The notes under the pieces are model-generated. The model had not been told where the DNA came from. It made no database searches and worked only from the letters and a program-made list of their open reading frames with translations. Positions 29,001 through 41,480 of a stretch of DNA of 64,000 bases are shown in pieces. Source of the DNA: Basidiobolus meristosporus CBS 931.73 (taxonomy: Eukaryota; Fungi; Basidiobolomycota); the NCBI GenBank assembly GCA_002104905.1, contig MCFE01000481.1, positions 4,284-68,283 of the forward strand, read 5' to 3'. A program made the position numbers and the translations under genes. Positions within the stretch are counted from its first letter, which is position 1. The number at the start of each line of letters is the position of its first letter.

Positions 29001-30778
29001 ACCCAGAGCTCTTGAACAGTTGTCTGGCTAGTTTACCATATATGCAGGCTTCAGAGTGCTCCAAATTGGCTGGGGGATCAATCCTTACTCCAGAAATTTA
29101 GCTGATCTGTGATCATTTTGCACAAATAATCAAAATTGGTGTGCCCAAATCTCCTGTGCCAAAGTATTGGTGTTTCTTCATTTATGCTAATTCTATTGGC
29201 TTCCAGATATGATGGAATATACGTCAGCTTGTAAAGATTCTGATCTCTGATATGCAAAGCAATATGGGCACCATTTTGATCAGTGATCTTGCATCCAGAA
29301 TTGTCAAAGCTGAGACTGAGTCCTTCTGCAGTGGCCTTGCTTACAGATAGTAGGTTCTTGGCTATTTCTGGTACATAGAGTACTTCTTTAAAGGTAAGTG
29401 TATGGCTTCCTTCACTGCTTCTTAGCTTTACTTGGGTAGTTCCTTCTCCCACTGCATCAAGTGTTCTATCATCACCCATGAGAACTTTCTTAATTGGAAT
29501 ATCTTGATATTGGGAAAGAAGTTCTTTTTAGTGTGTAAAATGTTGAGATGCTCCAGAGTCAATGTACCATGTCTGTGAATCCTTGTTTGTGGTCATATTT
29601 AGTGCAGATATGAGTAGTCTATCTTCAGTTGTTGCAGCATATCAATATTCCGGCTTCTTTTGCTGATCATCTCTCTTTTTGAGACACCGGTATGATGTGT
29701 ATCCTTTCCTTATGCAGTAGTTGCAAAATAGGTGGCTGTTACCTTTGTAGGGTCCTGGGTACCTACTTTGTTGGTTATCATTGCTTATTAAAGCATTTTC
29801 TTCTCCCTTCTTATTGGTGCTTGATTTTCTTAATTCTTCATCCAGGAGCCTTCCATATGCATAATTTAAGGTCAAATCTTCAGTTCTGGACTCTGGGCTG
29901 ATACAAGGCCCTAAAATTTGTCTGTCAAGCTATTCAGGATGGTAACTATCACATCCATATCAGTAGTTGGTACACCCACAGTTTTCATTTCAACTACCAG
30001 CAGGGTAATTGTGTTAATTAGATGTTTCATTTCTTCTCCTGGCAGCATCTTTGTAGTAAAGAATTTTTGTCTCAGATACATTTTCTTAGCAGCTGAACAT
30101 GACTGGTAGGTATCTTCTAGTGCCTTCCAGGCATTCTTTGCTGTTTTTGCTCTTGAACATTGAATTAGCAATTTATCTTTAACATTAGGCAAATGCAGTT
30201 AAAGGCACTTTGTTCTTTCTTCTGGTACTTTAAGGATACCTCTCCCATGTTTTTAAGAGGCCATTCTTCTCCCCTGACAGTATCCCAAAGACCTCTTTCT
30301 GTAGCAGCATCTTCATCTTCACCTTCCACACTTGGTAGTTGGATCCATTCAACTTTTCAGCAGAGCAAGAAATTCCAGTAATAGCAGTAGTAGACATTGC
30401 AGAGAGTGACAGCTTGGGGCTCATAGACTGTTGTAACAGTCTTGGAGATATTGGAAGTGATTTGGGAGAACAAGTAGATTATGTGGCTTTCAATTAATGA
30501 TTTACTGAATGTAAAAGTAGTATTTAAACCTTCACATGGTCTTTGCATTACAAGCATGTAGATTAGGCTAAGAAAGGTCCCAAGAGCATGTGTGCAAAGT
30601 TTGGGGCTGTTTGGACAACTTTGAGAATTTTCATGTTCTGGGTACCTGGTATTTTGGTGAAAATATATTAAGTAAATCCCAACAAGGAATTTGGTCAGTA
30701 TTCTCCAGGATTTGAGGATAATGATCTAAGTGACTAAGATAGGTGCGTATTTAGGAGGAATCACAAATTTTTACAACA
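26056..30778 (-). mobile_element. Ty1/Copia LTR retrotransposon, full structure, degenerate
   Basis: LTRs 26056..26456 (first 53 bp duplicated) and 30429..30778 with TGTTGTAA...TTACAACA; TSD ATATA/ATACA; PBS GTCTATGAGCCCC; PPT GCTGAGTGGAAG; order gag (KLNGSNYQVW), protease, integrase (HSDNSGEY, PQQNGVA), RT (LKKSLYGL, ALYVDDLL), RNase H (ISWNSRKQ). Confidence 0.93.
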
Positions 30779-32015
30779 ATACATACCTTCAAAGTAGCAC
30801 TTGCTTCTTAGCTGTTTGTGATGTTTGCCATTTAATATATTGGATATATTTGTGCTTGCTTGATACTGATGTGCGGTACTGTTCATCTTTGCAACATTTG
30901 TTGGACTGCATCCACTTCCTCTGATGGGGTATGACTGGAATATATCTGGAGTGTAAACAATGTTTTCCCTCAATAGTAGTGGATTCCTGACAATTTAAAC
31001 ATGTTGCAATGGTAGCATTTTTGGATGTGAATGCCATGCCACTGTTAACACATGGTGGAATCAGGACAGTCTCTGAATCATATGTTGCCAGCTGCATGAG
31101 AGTTGTCCACTTGTGCCATGTATATGATGAGTTGCATCCTAGAATGATTTTGGCAAGAAGTAGTAATAAATCCTCAAAGCCCTCATTACTGATATTAATG
31201 GAAACACACCACTTCTCTGGCCACAACATTACATCATTCACCAGTAGATGGATTACTGGGCTAACCTGGCTCCACAAAGCATCCTAGGCATTTGTTTCAA
31301 CTGGCATTGTCTCATTGCATATTGGGATTTGACCAGGCTCATATGTAGCACTGTTGCTAGCGGAGATAGGCTCACAGTTTCATCAATGAGCCTTCTTCAT
31401 TGCAGCTATCACTTTGCATGCCATATTTAGAAGGATGAGGTGAGCTCAAAGGTGCCACAAACTCACCAGACTCAGTTTGCACAAGGTAACAAGGTTATTG
31501 CCATGGGAAGATGATGTTCTTAGTATTTGTGTTTGGATAAAAAAATATATGTGAGTTTTGGAGTAAATCCCCTAAATCGCATAAGTTTGAGAGCAATACT
31601 GTCCATTATGCCCAAAAAGCCAGCTATGTTGCTGATGGCTGGGAGATCTTCAATACTACTGATAATCAGCACTTTAAAATGCCAGCCATTCACTGTATTC
31701 CCACTAGAATGCATACAAAATTTATCCAGCAATAGATACAGGTAGCTATTCAGGTGGGATGGAGATTTAGGCACATATACCAGTGAGACTACTATCAGAT
31801 TATACTCTGATTTGGATTCCTGCTAAAGTCATGTAAACAGATTGTTACAACTGAAATACTTATTAAGTGGTGGGTCTCAGTGGAGCTTCTTGCTGAGTAT
31901 ACAGTTGCACTTAATGTTAGTGTAGGGTATAGGGATTTGCATAGGTTAATACAATTGGCAGTTGAGGTACAACTGAAGCTCCAACAGAAATAAATCAATT
32001 TGTACACATGAACGG

Positions 32016-35000
32016 TGTGGTGGTGTAGAGGTACTCCGGGGAGAAGCTACACAACTCAAGGTGTGTGAGGTGCCCAATGGGTGCAATAACCTCTGTGTCT
32101 AAACTGCTGGTGTCTTTGTCAATATGTCACTATGATAAAAGCTCCTGCTTCTCTAGCTTCCTAGGTGCTCCAAGTGTCTCCAAAGGCCTCTGTGTGTCTT
32201 GTGCACTACCCTGAAAAGCTTCTTGATGGCAGGTTTGAGATGTACTGTTGAAGGCAGGTGCAGTGATCAACTGCTAATCAATAAGGTAGAAGTGTCACTG
32301 ATAGAAGGGATGTTTGATTGATGAGGGATTGCTTTCCCTTAAATACTTTTCCTGATTGCCAAGTGATTACTAATGACAAGGTTCTAAAAGATTCTAGGCA
32401 TCAGTGGAATTCTTGATGACATAACTATGAGCTAAAAATATGCCAAGAATGTCCTTGGAAGGTTCTAAAGGGCACAGCACATCCAACCAATCAGGAATCA
32501 GTAGTCTGAAACCTGTGCAACATAGAAATACCATATATGGTATTGAAATGATAGGGATGGTAACACAGACCTAGGTCATGTGTCATGGGTACTGACGCGG
32601 GTACTTGCCTTATGTAGATACATATTATGATCACAAAGCTGAATAACATCTGGGATAACTAATGCTAATAACTAATCAAGGTAAACATCATATAGGGATA
32701 ATGCTGATAATATGGGCAAAAGAAGAATGAGATAATACTGATAAGATAAAATATGGATAAGTTTATCATAATGACTATATGAATAAACTTGTCTGTGGGA
32801 GGTATGTTTACCCTACCACATCCACCCCCCACTTGAGCTAAAAAGTTTCAGGGAACTTTTTAGCTAACCACTGTAAGTTTGGAGAACAAAGTGCTCTCTC
32901 AGTCTTCCTTAATGAAGCCACCTGTTCTTTCTTAGGGGTAGAAATCTACATGATGTCATTGATTGGATATTGTTTGAGTCCACACCACAGAAGGTTGCTG
33001 TTAGTCCTGGGCTCTCTGAGTATATTAGTATACCATGCTGAACCATCTGGGTAGTTCACTGCAGTTGCTATTGCTTTTACCTCCCATGGTCTTCCAAGAA
33101 GTAATTCAAATTTAGCCTTTGCACAAATGAATGCTGGGATCTCATGGGGTATTCCCTCAATGATGAGAGGAAAGCTGTGAATAATTCCTAAAAGCTTTGA
33201 TTGCCCTGAGTTGGCATCCTTCATGCTCCAAGTGATATTGGTGTCTATGGGCAATAGGTCTTTGCATGGTAGTTGTTTCCAAGCCTCCAAAGGCATCACA
33301 CATATCTTCAGATCCACTCTCTATATGACATAGGATTTCTTGATTATGCACAGTTCCTGTAGTTGTTGCAGTTGCCACTGAGTAGTAGTGTTTCTGGCTT
33401 TGATGCAGCTTACTGGTATCTTGGCTTCCTTGAACTGTCCTGACCTAGTTACCTTGAGTTGCTTCAATTGGATGCTTTCTTATTCTGATGTGCTCATCCA
33501 GAGTCTTTCTTACAGATGGTGATATACTAAGTAGCTCTCCAACCTTGATTGATATGTTGCTTCCTAGTATATGACTTGTCAGAGCCTCTGGGGTACCATT
33601 TTGCTTGACTCTAAGCTGCATGTGGTAGTTGTTGGCCTTGGCAGACTCTTGTAAAGTTAATGGGGGTGATGCTTTCTTTGCAATCACAACTTCTGGCTCA
33701 CATCTTGGTACTTTTGTTGCTGGGCCTGGATTAGCCATTTTTTCAGAATGGTGTCTCTTTGAAGCATAAATTGAAGCTATATGATCCTTGGGCCTCTCTG
33801 GGGTCCTCATAGTCAAAGTTAAGAACTTCAGCTGGATTAAAGTAGTCAGAATCTTCTTCTTTATGGAGGTGCACCTGTTCTTGTATGAGAGGTGACTTGC
33901 TTGTAGTGAACTCTCATTCCTCCTTGTCCAAATGCTGTGGATAATTTGTCACCATGCTTACTGACTATATATCCCTGAGGACTATATAGAACATCACCTA
34001 TAGATAGTAATGACTGGAGCTCTTGGCAATTTCTCTTGGAATGGTTGGCAGAGTCACACCACATGCATGTATATTTGACTTCTTTCTCTACTGGCTTCTG
34101 ACCATGTGCTTTGCTGGCAAGTAGCAAAGAGAGTTTCTCTAGTTGCTGTGTCAGTTCCTGAATCTGAGTGCTTTGATTACTAGGATTAAGTAAGTCTTGG
34201 CTATCTTGGTATTGTGCTGAGCTTGAAAGAAGCTTTCTGATTGGTGAGGTTTCTTCAGGAGCAAGTAGCATCTGCTTAGCTAACTGAAATGCAGGCAGTG
34301 AACTCATAGCTTTCACAGTAGGATTGTTTTCAATCCTTCTCACCAGGTCTTCTGGTAGTGCTCTGAGAAGATAGGCAGATAAAGTGAGATCAGTGATAAC
34401 TCCTTGGGCTTTCAGTGACTCTCTAATATGCTCAAGGCCACTCAAGTATTCTTTCAATGGTAGCAGCTTAAACTTGCTATAAGCAAAGTTCTCCAAGTCT
34501 TGAAGTGTGTAGTCAACTTGTCTCTATCCATATTCATCAATCAAGTAGCTCTTCAAGAGGGTCTAATTTGTTAGCAGATCATTTCTTTCATATAATGAGA
34601 GCATGATCTCATCAGTGCTGTAAGGGGGCATCTCTTCAGCCATAATGGCCTTAGGTATTTTGTGAGCTCTGCAGAAAAGCTCCCACCTCTCAATGAAAGC
34701 TTTAACTTTAGTTCCATGCAAAGAAAGGGGTTACTTGCATTCCTGGTAAAGGTATATCCATGGTCTTGATAATTTGTTCTTTCTTAAGTCTTCTAGGGGC
34801 AGTTCAGTCAAACCCCCTATGTTGGGTGCCAAATATGTGGTGGTATAGAGGTACTCCTGGGAGAAGCTACACAACTCAAGGTGTGTGAGGTGTCTGATGG
34901 GTGCAATAACCTCTGTGTCTAAACTGCTGGTGTCTTTGTCAATATGTCACCATGGTAAAAGCTCCTGCTTCTCTAGCTTCCTAGGTGCTCCAAGTGTCTC

Positions 35001-35846
35001 CAAAGGCCTCTGTGTGTCTTGTGCACTACCCTGAAAAGCTCCTTGATGGCAGGTCTGAGATGTACTGTTGAAGGCAGGTGCAGTGATCAACTGCTTAATC
35101 AATAAGGTAGAAGTGTTACTGATAGAAGGGATGATTTATTGATGAGGGATTGCTCTCCCTTAAATACTTTTCCCGAATTGCCAAGTGATTACTAATGACA
35201 AGGTTCTAGAAGATTCTAGACATCAGTGGAATTCTTGATGACATCACTATGAGCTAAAAATATGCCAAGAATGTCCTGGAAGGTTCTAAAGGGCACAGCA
35301 CATCCAACCAATCAGGAATCAGTAGTCTGAAACCTGTGCAACATAGAAATACCATATATGGTATTGAAATGGTAGGGATGGTAACACAGACCTAGGTCAT
35401 GTGTCACGGGTACTGACACGGGTACTTGCCTTATGTAGATACATATAATGATCACAAAGCTGAATAACATCTGGGATAACTAATGCTAATAACTAATCAA
35501 GGTAAACATCATATGGGGATAATGCTGATAATATGGGCAAAAGAAGAATGAGATAATACTGATAAGAAAAAATATGGATAAGTATATCATAATGACTAGA
35601 CTTGTTCCATTGTGCATTGATCATAGTGCAGAAAGTGCTGTATATTTGTTATTAATTTGATATTTTAGGTCATATGCATGTCAATTTGATCCAATTTGGC
35701 ACTGTATGCACTATCTGCACTCTGTGGCATGATCAGGCACCATCTGGCATGCTGTGGCACTATTGGCACTATGATCAGCTGGAATGATGAAACAAGTCTA
35801 CTATATGAATAAACTTGTCTGTGGGAGGTATGTTTACCCTTCCACA
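32016..35846 (-). mobile_element. Non-autonomous Gypsy-type LTR element (gag and protease remnants only, about 2 kb internal)
   Basis: Near-identical LTRs 32016..32820 and 34836..35846; TSD ACGG (32012-32015, 35847-35850); PPT AAGTGGGGGGGTGGA; PBS TGGCACCCAACATAGGG; zinc knuckle CMWCDSANHSKRNC; ELLSISPSVRK; protease remnant LLGRPW; no RT or integrase. Confidence 0.88.
35598..35799. mobile_element. MITE (202 bp) of the PHIS element family at 40738-44155
   Basis: TIR AGACTTGTTCCAT / ATGAAACAAGTCT; TSD ACT (35595-35597, 35800-35802); empty site ATG-ACT-ATATG present in the sister LTRs (near 32771 and 36606); GGCAC subterminal repeats. Confidence 0.92.
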
Positions 35847-35850
35847 ACGG

Positions 35851-36655
35851 TGTGGTGGTGTAGAGGTACTCCTGGGAGAAGCTACACAACTCAAGGTGTG
35901 TGAGGTGTCTGATGGGTGCAATAACCTCTGTGTCTAAACTGCTGGTGTCTTTGCCAATATGTCACCATGGTAAAAGCTCCTGCTTCTCTAGCTTCCTAGG
36001 TGCTCCTAGTGTCTCCAAAGGCCTCTGTGTGTCTTGTGCACTACCCTGAAAAGCTCCTTGATGGCAGGTCTGAGATGTACTGTTGAAGGCAGGTGCAGTG
36101 ATCAACTGCTAATCAATAAGGTAGAAGTGTTACTGATAGAAGGGATGATTTATTGATGAGGGATTGCTCTCCCCTAAATACTTTTCCTGATTGCCAAGTG
36201 ATGACTAATGACAAGGTTCTAGAAGATTCTAGACATCAGTGGAATTCTTGATGACATCTCTATGAGCTAAAAATATGCCAAAAATGTCCTGGAAGGTTCT
36301 AAAAGGCACAGCACATCCAACCAATCAGGAATCAGTAGTCTGAAACCTGTGCAACATAGAAATACCATATATGGTGTTGAAATGGTAGGGATGATAACAC
36401 AGACCTAGGTCATGTGTCACTGGGTACTGACGCAGGTACTTGCCTTATGTAGATACATATAATGATCACAAAGCTGAATAACATCTGGGATAACTAATGC
36501 TAATAACTAATCAGGGTAAACATCATATGGGGATAATACTGATAATATGGGCAAAGGAAGAATGGGATGATACTGATAAGATAAAATATGGATAAGTATA
36601 TTATAATGACTATATGAGTAAACTTGTCTGTGGGAGGTATGTTTACCCTACCACA
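35851..36655 (-). mobile_element. Solo LTR of the same Gypsy family, flanked by ACGG on both sides
   Basis: TGTGGTGG...CCTACCACA, near-identical to 32016..32820; ACGG at 35847-35850 and 36656-36659. Confidence 0.92.
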
Positions 36656-38365
36656 ACGGTAAGAGAAATAGTTCAGTAGGAAGTAAGGAGTGTGAAAAAG
36701 AGGCAATGGCCAATCAATGTATACAAATGTAGGAGGTGATTAAGTGTATGGGATCAGAAAGTGAGCAAATTGGCAGAGAACCAATCAAAAACCACTTACA
36801 TACTGTTGTGATGAGAAATTTGACCAAGTTTTTTGTGAAATCTGGGGTGAAATTATTTTTCAATAGTCTCTGCATGGTGTCCTGACAGGATCAGTACCTC
36901 TTAGTAATGGGACTTTAAGTCTGTGATGGCCTTTTGATGGAATCATCACAATAACTTCTCATAGAGAAAGTATATGGCAACTTTGCAAGCATCACACTAA
37001 AAAGACATACGGTTGTGTTGATATGGTGTGTCAATTGAAGTGGTTGTGCACATATGCAGAGGTTAGTAAGCAGGAGGCTATAGCTTTTTTGATTCAAGCT
37101 CTATGTGGAGTGCACAAGGTATAAGTGGGTAAGCAAACAAAGTGGGGCAATTCTATAGTATGAATGGCACAAGAGGAGGTAGAAATAGTAAAAACCATCT
37201 GGTAAATAGGTACAGTAGAATTACACAGTACTACCTGTAAGTTGCTCTATTGCCATTATAAAGCCAGCAAAGGTTTGCTATGCATTCATTAGAGCACTGA
37301 TAAGTTTCTTGCCATATAAGGCAATTGGATGTATTGGCCAACTAGGTCCTCTCAAGTAAATGTAGAACACATCAAGATTGTTAGAATGCCATGCAGTTCT
37401 TGTATAAAGACCATCTAAGCCCTATGAAAAATTATTGTGATGATCTGGTCAAAAGGCCGTCACAAACTTAAAGTCCCATTGCTAAGAGGTACTGATCCCA
37501 TCAGGACACCATCCAGAGACCATTAAAAAATAATTGCACCTCAGATTTCACAAAAAACTTTGTCAAGATTTTTCATCACAACAATGTATAAGTGGCTTTT
37601 GATTGGTTCCCTGCCAGTTTGCTCACTTCCTGATCCCAGAAACTCTATTGCCTCCTATGTTTGTGTGCATTGACTGGCTATTGCCTTATTTTCAGCTCCT
37701 TACTTCCTGACTCAACTGTTTCTCTTACTTTTCATGTGTACAAATTGATTTATTTCTGTTGAAGCTTCAGTTGTACCTCAACTACTAATTGTATTGACCT
37801 ATACAAGTCCCTATACCCTACACTAACATAAAGCCCAGCTCCACACTCAACAAGTAACTCCATTAAAATCCACCACTCAATAAGTATTTCTGCTGTAATG
37901 CTCTGGTTCCACAACTTTAGCAGGAACCCAATGGCTTTATGCCACTGTTCATTCACTGGTTCCTACATGTGGTGGTCTTCAGCTGGCACTGCAAGGTCTA
38001 GCACCTCATCTGCCAGTCTTTGCAATAAACTCTAGCAATAATCCAGTGCGTTTTCTGGAGCACTGCACTTGAAGAAGTGATGCAACCTCTTGGTGTGCCT
38101 TTTGATGTTCCAAAACTCCACTGAAGGCATTGTGATGGTCTTTTGAGCTCTTGACAATGTAGCCTTGTCTGTTAGTAGATTTTAACACTGTCAACTATGG
38201 AGGATGCAGAGGCTGTTGTAGACAAATTGCCTTTTTCATCAAACTCATTTACCTTGCTGGAGTGAAGCTTAACTGGCTGTGTTTCCAACTCTTCTGAAAA
38301 CAGCTGTTTTCTTGTTGGTAATTCTTCTTAGCTATGATGGGATTTAGTCTGTTCCTGGCTTGCGG

Positions 38366-39437
38366 CGTAGTGGGGTGACAGTGACACCCACTGACAGATG
38401 TGCTCATTCCCTTATTTTGTACTTCCTTCTATCTCTACTACACTTATTTTAGTTTTATCCCATTTGTCTTACCCAATCAGTACTATCCCATAAGCCGGTT
38501 GACTATCACACCTGTTTACCTTATTGCATAAGTTACCCCTCACTTTATGTAAGACAACTAGCTATAAGTACTTCTATATTAGGCAAGTACCTGCGCCAGT
38601 ACCCATGACACATGATCAACCCTGTGTCACCATCCCTACCATTTCCATACCATATATGGTATCCATATGTTACACAGGTTTCAGAATACTGATTCCTGAT
38701 TGGTTGGATGTGCTGTGCCTCTTAGAACCTTCCAGCACCTACTTGGAACATTCTTGGGTCATTCTGATGTCATTAAGATTTCTGTTGATATCTGGAACCT
38801 TCTGAAACACAATGATTAGTACTCACTTAGCCAGTGAGAAAAGTACATAAGGGAGGCTATCCCTCAACAATAAATCATCATCCCTTTTATCAATATACTG
38901 ACTTGTTGATTAGTGTGATCACTGCTACCTGCTGCTACCTGAACTTCCAACCCTAGACTACAGGACACTCCCAGGAAGCTGTGCTGACAGCCAACTGACT
39001 TTGGAGGCACTACTTGTGAAGAATACTCAGAGTAGGTATCTTTTATTATATTTGATTCTTTCCCAAGTTTGTTCTTGTACAGGCAAAGATACTTTTCTGT
39101 CTTTGTAACTATTGACCACAGCTGCATTCTTATCAAGTCCCTGCTGGTGGAGTTTACAGTTGTTTTGACTTTGGAAGCTTTAGTACATTGGCATCTCAAA
39201 GGACACTGAACCCAGCACATACTTTTGTTAAGACGCCAACTAAGTTGGGGATTGTAGCTCAATAGTTTTCCCTTGACAAGCTTGTGGCTTTATTCCCCTT
39301 CACATTAGATTAGAGACAGAACCCAAGTATTCCTAGCAAGCTTTTGCCAGAGGTTATTGCACCCAGTGAACACCCCACACACAAAACACTTGAGAAGTGT
39401 CGGACATATATCTCCCTTGGACCTATACACCACCACA
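38366..39437 (+). mobile_element. Solo LTR (about 1.07 kb) related to the 32-36 kb family, opposite orientation
   Basis: Ends CGTAGTGG...CACCACCACA; internal blocks are reverse-complement homologs of the 32016 LTR; flanks GCGG/TCGG (or CGGC/CGGC in a 1-nt shifted parse); empty-site equivalent GGCTTGTGGCATTAATTGG near 54771. Confidence 0.78.
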
Positions 39438-41480
39438 TCGGCATTAATTGGCAAGAAATGCAGTTTTTTTTACATGCCTCCCTGTCCGGGGCTTGGGTGG
39501 ACACTTTTCCCTTTATCACTGCCAGGTCTTTCACTGCCACTTTGTCTGAGCGCTTCTTGTAAAGAACTTTGTTCACTCCTGGATAGGTTATGCTCTAACA
39601 TATCAGTTTTGGCCTGCTTGTCCCTTGCTAGCACTCTGCTGGCAAACTGATGCTTCTATTCTAATTGTTTTGAGCTCTCAATGGTAGCTGTGATGGGCTC
39701 CTGTAAAAGCGGCTGGTATTTATCACAGCCAGGTCTATCACCGCTACTTTGACTGGGTGCTTCTTGAGTGGTACTACGCTTTTTCCTTGATAAATGTTGT
39801 GCTGGTGCATCTATGTTTGCCTGCTTGTCCCCTATTGGCACTCTTCCAGATACCTGACATCTCTTTATGCTTGTCTAGAGCTTTTGCCCTGCTTGTAACA
39901 GGCTCTTGAGGAAGCCGCTGGTTATTAACCATGGCACCCTTGTTCTTCTGCCTTTGATAGTTTCTGCTATTCTTAAGATACTTTCTTAGCATACCAATGC
40001 AGGCCCAAAATCCATTTGCCTGTTTGAATCCAGGATAATGCTCATGAAATAAGTCAAGTGCATTCTACTTGGCCTTAAGTTCCTGATGGTCCCATGGTAT
40101 GCTGGCCTTGAGGTGATGAAGTGCTAGACTTCTGACAGCCTCTTGTATGTTAGCCAACTCTTCATTATTGCACTCAACAGCTTCATGGATCTTGAATGTC
40201 TTTTGATTTTTAGGCTTTGGTATGAACACCACATTGTCTCCCTCCCATGCAGTGATAAATTTTTCTGTGGGCTCTATTTTGGGCACTGTTGTTGTGCCTC
40301 AAAGACTGTATAGTACTACTCTGCTGTTACATCAGGAAATGGCTCAGTTCTTGGCTGTGACATTGGGCTACTTGAGTTCCTTCTTTGCAGCAAAGATACT
40401 GCTTTCTCCACCTGAATATTGATTGCTCTACATGTAATTTCTGTTCATCCTGTTTCTGGACTATTTCCTGACTTCTCTGGGCTGTTGCATCTATACTTTC
40501 AGCCACTGCACCTAATTGCTTCATTAGTGCTTTGGTATGAGCTGACAACATACTTGCTAATATGGGTAGTGGTGATGTTATGATGGCCACTTGCTGGTCT
40601 TCAACGGAGGGTACTGCATTTGTCACATTCCCATCTGGCTGAGCATAACAGTCAGCTTGTGGCTCCGCCAAGGGTCTCAAATGCCTACTTGACTGAGAGC
40701 CTGAGGAGTCTGCATTATAACCTTCAATAGGCACACTAGACTTGTTCCATCGTACCGTGCCAGGGCGCGCGGCGCAATCCGCGGTCGCAAAGAACGATTG
40801 GGCGCGATATTATGGCTACCAGAAGACAGGATCGTTCTTGGACGATTTTGCACTATGCGGGTCGATCTTGCACACTATGGCACAATCTGACACGATGAGG
40901 TTGGCACGGATGATCGCGCCAACTTGTAATGTTTGCATCACGTGCGCGATCGGATACTGCTATAATGGCAGGTAAAATCCGGTATTTGGATATGTTTCTT
41001 TAATGTAAATGGAAATAAATGTGTATCACACTATAAACTATACTGATACTTACCATTTTGGTTACCCTCACTCCAATTGGATGGTATCTCAGTGGTTAAT
41101 TGGTCCAAAAGTATCCTGAAGCTGGCATCCCCCAATTGGCTCATTGACTACTAAAAAAGCTACCTGATTCGCCAACAAATATCCCATTTTGCCCATTGAG
41201 CAAGTATATCCCTGATCCTAGTAATTGGGCTAGGTGTCATAGCTAGCACGCAAGCGATCGTGTAGGTGCGGAACAGATCCAATTGCTGCACTGCTATTAC
41301 AGATGACGTATATATATGCAGGGTGTTTATTTATAGGGGTTCTGTCTCAAATGTGAGACAACCTTGATATTACTTATATCAAAAATTTGATGATCACTGA
41401 TTTGCGATGGCTCAATTTGGATCGCAAAAAAAAAGGGTTGTCGGGATCATTACGAATGTGAGCGATTCAAAGCGATCGCA

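Larger units (their letters stand above)
23762..36966 (-). mobile_element. CACTA/EnSpm-type DNA transposon, minus orientation, internally deleted and interrupted by a solo LTR, a Copia and Gypsy LTRs
   Basis: Terminus CCCTATGAAAAATAATT at 23762 and TTCTCATAGAG ending 36966; tnp2-like remnants GAMHLLFNN, HCLLHLAQCVENFWPCFTFWGFPM (24586..25323). Flanks (AAT/AAA) are not a clean TSD, so the two ends may come from different copies. Confidence 0.6.

Noticed and set aside
25346-39437. CRISPR-like or satellite arrays suggested by recurring long repeats
   Set aside because: The repeats are LTRs and transposon copies with TSDs, not short repeat-spacer arrays.
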